NCBI GenBank assembly: GCA_964570585.1 | Contig: CAZMYR010000003.1 | Coordinates: 22,749 to 86,748, forward strand | Direction of reading: 5' to 3' | From: an uncultured Planctomycetia bacterium | Lineage (GTDB): Bacteria > Omnitrophota > Gorgyraeia > JABMRG01 > JAFGKX01 | Length of the DNA: 64,000 bases | Part shown: positions 60,589 to 64,000 of the stretch, one piece after another | Numbering within the stretch: position 1 is the stretch's first letter | Layout: the number at the start of each line of letters is the position of its first letter | Position numbers and translations under genes: made by a program | The notes under the pieces: model-generated | Seen by the model: only the letters and a program-made list of their open reading frames with translations | What the model was told of the DNA's origin: nothing | Database searches by the model: none

Positions 60589-62067
60589 CATTTTGAAATT
60601 CCATACAACAAAATTGCTTTCTATATCTTCAACATGCAAGCGGTAAATATCATACATAGCTTTTTCTAAAACTATACCTGAGTTTAATTTCTCCAGCAAT
60701 TTCTTAAATTTGTATTTTCCGTATCTGTCTATGAGATATTTTAAAAATAGTTTTGACAAGAGATAACCCGATCTTATTTTTTTATAACCGGCTGACGAAA
60801 ATAAACTATCTATCCGATTTAATTTAAAAGGTTCTTCTTTTTTAAAAATCTCATTCAATAAATTTTTATCCTGCCGGTTTAAACTTCGCTCCGGTTCTGC
60901 TAGCTGTGCAAATCCTTCATGTAACCAAACAGGTATATTTTTAGGATATAATATATGCAATACTGCATGCCCATATTCATGGTATATGACTCTTCTTGGA
61001 CCTTGCTGCTCTCCTAATACATCTCCTACCCTTAAGCGAACTTTACCATCATATAAGCCTAAGGTCCAATCTAACTTCTGGGTCGCCTGTCTAAATTGTT
61101 CTGCGGTGTAAATAATTACTGTAACCTTTTTATCGGTAAAAAAGCCAAAATCACTCTTCACCTTGCGGCGGGCATCTTCCAACATATCTATTATATCCCA
61201 TACTAAATCCGGGTCCCTTTCGCCTTCAAACCTGATATCGAAATGGGCACGGGCGCGAGTCTTAAAATCCTCCTCAATCTCAAGCTCCCTGGTTGCTTTG
61301 GCAAGTGTTTCTTTAAGGCCGGAGATGGTAGAATCTAAACTTAATGCCTTATTCCAATACTCAACAGCTTTTTTAAGTTCATTCTGCTGATAATAAATAT
61401 TGCCTAAGAATACATATGCAGCAGGTTTGCTAGAATCATAATCTATGCAATCTCTGGCTAAATTTAATGCTTCCTGTAAGCGCCCTATATTAAAACTTAT
61501 CTTGGCCTCTTGAAGGGTTGTATTATATATATTGTCCTTAAAAGTAATATTTTCCGGATCGAATTTCAGCGCTTCTTTAAAATTGCTTAAGGCAAGGTCA
61601 TATCTGCCTTTTTCAAAAAGAGATAATGCATAATTGTTGTAATAAATGGCAATTTGTTTAGGATAGGCAGAACCGGAGGGGTCTTTATCATATGCCCTTT
61701 TTTCATATCTTATGGCATCTAACCATAATCTATCTTTCGCCAATTGCCCCGCTAAATAATGGCAGGCAGTGCTTAAATTTTTGTTTATAATCTGGTTATC
61801 CGGCTCTAGGTCGCTGGCTGATTCAAATGCAATAACGGCATTTTCATAATCGCCGGCTTCCATATATCTTAAGCCCTGCTGGTTTACCCCGTTAGAAGTT
61901 TCTTCACTGCCTTCAAAATATGAACTTCTAACGGGGTTTAATTCAGAAACCTCGTCGGCACTGGCAGCAGTTATAAGACCGGCTAATATAAAAAATAAGA
62001 CAATTATTGTAAACAAAAAAGGCCCCGAATTTTCGGGGCCTTTTTTCTGAAGGGATTTATATCCCAT
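60580..62067 (-). CDS. Exported TPR-repeat protein with C-terminal MA-clan zinc peptidase domain
   Basis: Signal-like N-terminus, TPR helices, HEYGH...PVWLHEGFA motif; start uncertain. Confidence 0.82.
   Translation of the reverse strand: MGYKSLQKKGPENSGPFLFTIIVLFFILAGLITAASADEVSELNPVRSSYFEGSEETSNGVNQQGLRYMEAGDYENAVIAFESASDLEPDNQIINKNLSTACHYLAGQLAKDRLWLDAIRYEKRAYDKDPSGSAYPKQIAIYYNNYALSLFEKGRYDLALSNFKEALKFDPENITFKDNIYNTTLQEAKISFNIGRLQEALNLARDCIDYDSSKPAAYVFLGNIYYQQNELKKAVEYWNKALSLDSTISGLKETLAKATRELEIEEDFKTRARAHFDIRFEGERDPDLVWDIIDMLEDARRKVKSDFGFFTDKKVTVIIYTAEQFRQATQKLDWTLGLYDGKVRLRVGDVLGEQQGPRRVIYHEYGHAVLHILYPKNIPVWLHEGFAQLAEPERSLNRQDKNLLNEIFKKEEPFKLNRIDSLFSSAGYKKIRSGYLLSKLFLKYLIDRYGKYKFKKLLEKLNSGIVLEKAMYDIYRLHVEDIESNFVVWNFKMHR
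61887..61936. mobile_element. Family F element in frame in the TPR gene (TTTA duplication)
   Basis: ccccgttagaagtt / aacttctaacgggg; 50+4=54 nt. Confidence 0.82.
62015..62046. terminator. Bidirectional intrinsic terminator after groEL
   Basis: aaaaaa-ggccccgaa-tt-ttcggggcc-tttttt. Confidence 0.8.
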
Positions 62068-62068
62068 C

Positions 62069-63703
62069 TTAATACATTCCTCCTCCCATTCCGCCACCGG
62101 GTGGCATGGCAGGCATGGCAGGTTTTTCTTTCTCCGGAATATCGCTTACCACGCTCTCTGTTGTTATCATAAGCGCAGCTATGCTGGCTGCATTCTGAAG
62201 GGCGGTCCTGGTAACCTTGGTCGGATCCATGACGCCGCCTTCTATCATATCTTTATATTCTCCCTTTTCAGCATCAAAACCAAAGTTGCCCTTTTCACCC
62301 TTTACCCTTTGCGCAACTACAGAACCTTCCTCGCCGGCATTTTCTGCAATTTGCCTGATTGGCGCTTCAAGAGCTCTACGAATTATCTCTACGCCAACTT
62401 TTTCATCACCTTTTGCTTTTACACCATCGAGCGCGTTGATTGCACGGAGCAAAGCTACGCCGCCGCCTGCAACGATGCCTTCTTCTACAGCGGCGCGGGT
62501 TGCATGAAGGGCATCCTCAACTCTGGCCTTTTTCTCCTTCATTTCGGTTTCAGTGGCTGCGCCGACATTTATTACTGCAACCCCTCCGGATAATTTGGCC
62601 AGGCGCTCCTGCAATTTCTCTTTATCATAATCGGAATCGCTTTCTTCTATCTGTTTTTTAATCTGATTTATCCTGGCATTTATCTGGCTTGATGAGCCGG
62701 CCCCTTCTATTATAGTAGTATTTTCTTTATCGATAGAGACTCTTTTTGCCCTGCCTAAATCATCTAAAGTTACACTTTCTAACTTTATGCCTAAATCTTC
62801 GGTAACGGCTTTGCCTTTGGTAAGGACTGCTATATCATCAAGCATAGCCTTACGTCTGTCACCGTAACCGGGGGCCTTTACTGCTGCGCAGGCTAATGTT
62901 CCGCGAATCTTATTTACTACCAGGGTGGCTAAAGCCTCACCATCAACCTCTTCTGCTATGATAAGGAGCGGTTTTCCTGTTCTTGCTATCTGCTCAAGCA
63001 AAGGAATCATATCCTTCATAACAGATATTTTTTTCTCGTGTATGAGGATGTAAGGGTCTTCCAGTGAAACTTCCATTTTCTCCGCATTGGTAACAAAATA
63101 AGGTGATAGATAACCCTGGTCAAACTGCATACCCTCAACCAGATCAAGGGATGTCTCCATAGCTTTAGCTTCTTCAACAGTAATTACACCATCTTTTCCT
63201 ACCTTTTCCATAGCTTCAGCTATAAGATTGCCTATGGTGTTGTCTCCGTTGGCTGCTATTGTCCCTACTTGCGAAATCTCTGTTTTATTTTTTACATCCT
63301 TTTTTGTCTTATTTAAATAATCAACCACTGCCTCTACCGCCTTTTCAACCCCTCTTTTAAGAGCCATGGGATTGGCTCCTGCTGTGACATTCTTTGAGCC
63401 CTCGCCGTATATTGCTTCTGCCAAGATTGTAGCAGTGGTGGTGCCGTCGCCTGCAACATCTGAGGTTTTGGATGCAACCTCTTTTACCAGCTCGGCTCCT
63501 ATGTTCTCGTAGGGGTCCTCAAGTTCTATCTCTTTTGCTACAGTAACGCCGTCCTTGGTAATTGTAGGCGAGCCGAATTTCTTCTCAAGGACCACGTTTC
63601 TTCCTTTTGGGCCTAAAGTAATCTTCACGGCTTTTGCTAATATTTCTATGCCCGCTTTAATAGCCCTTCTGGCTTCATCGCTAAAAATTAATTGTTTTGC
63701 CAT
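62069..63703 (-). CDS. groL: Chaperonin GroEL
   Basis: [25 protein letters not shown] tail. Confidence 0.99.
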   Translation of the reverse strand: MAKQLIFSDEARRAIKAGIEILAKAVKITLGPKGRNVVLEKKFGSPTITKDGVTVAKEIELEDPYENIGAELVKEVASKTSDVAGDGTTTATILAEAIYGEGSKNVTAGANPMALKRGVEKAVEAVVDYLNKTKKDVKNKTEISQVGTIAANGDNTIGNLIAEAMEKVGKDGVITVEEAKAMETSLDLVEGMQFDQGYLSPYFVTNAEKMEVSLEDPYILIHEKKISVMKDMIPLLEQIARTGKPLLIIAEEVDGEALATLVVNKIRGTLACAAVKAPGYGDRRKAMLDDIAVLTKGKAVTEDLGIKLESVTLDDLGRAKRVSIDKENTTIIEGAGSSSQINARINQIKKQIEESDSDYDKEKLQERLAKLSGGVAVINVGAATETEMKEKKARVEDALHATRAAVEEGIVAGGGVALLRAINALDGVKAKGDEKVGVEIIRRALEAPIRQIAENAGEEGSVVAQRVKGEKGNFGFDAEKGEYKDMIEGGVMDPTKVTRTALQNAASIAALMITTESVVSDIPEKEKPAMPAMPPGGGMGGGMY

Positions 63704-63722
63704 ATCCTTTCACCTCCAAATT

Positions 63723-64000
63723 TCATTCAATTATAGCTAATACATCCTCTTCTTTTACAATAAGATGCTCTTCACCTTCAATCTTTATCTCTGTGCCAGA
63801 ATACTTGCCATATAAAACTTTATCGCCTACTTTAACTTCCAGAGGTTCCGCTTTGCCGCTTTCAAGTGTTTTGCCCTTTCCCACAGCTATTACCTTGCCT
63901 TCCTGGGGTTTTTCCTTTGCTGTATCGGGCAGGATAATACCGCCTTTCGTCTTCTCCTCTGCTTTTAATGGCTTTATCAATATTCTATCTCCCAAAGGTT
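63723..64000 (-). CDS. groS: Co-chaperonin GroES (5' end beyond the window)
   Basis: [27 protein letters not shown]. Confidence 0.98.
   Translation of the reverse strand, partial: PLGDRILIKPLKAEEKTKGGIILPDTAKEKPQEGKVIAVGKGKTLESGKAEPLEVKVGDKVLYGKYSGTEIKIEGEEHLIVKEEDVLAIIE

Overview
A core housekeeping window of a low-GC bacterium; gene content and repeat style suggest a PVC-group lineage such as Omnitrophota, which is an inference. Almost every gene is on the minus strand. A ~33.6 kb translation/transcription super-cluster runs tRNA-Thr, tuf, rpmG, tRNA-Trp, secE, nusG, rplKAJL, rpoBC, rpsLG, fusA, tuf, then the S10, spc (no rpmD) and alpha operons, followed by leuC. Upstream lie recG, rpmB (the only + strand gene), otsBA-mscS, recJ-secDF-yajC-tgt-queA-spoIID-DUF2905-queH-ruvB, two pilins, ruvA-ruvC-yebC, a second EF-G, a c-di-GMP-I riboswitch-controlled pair of small genes, guaB3, a TPR-metallopeptidase and groEL/groES. 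The striking feature is non-coding. Most gene junctions that have a spacer, and several coding regions, carry short non-autonomous insertions from at least 6-7 palindromic families or 7/8/9/10-nt tandem arrays, often with inverted arms. One MITE-like superfamily (YCCCG...CGGGR ends) has 4-bp target duplications, inserts in frame into secreted-protein leaders and twice splits ATGA stop/start overlaps while regenerating the start. Another family shows a flipped internal spacer between its two copies. There is also a 1.18-kb cassette bounded by a 52-bp duplication of the ruvB 5' end and a ~220-bp hairpin-rich insert bounded by tRNA-Trp 3'-end repeats. No transposase or integrase is encoded in the window.
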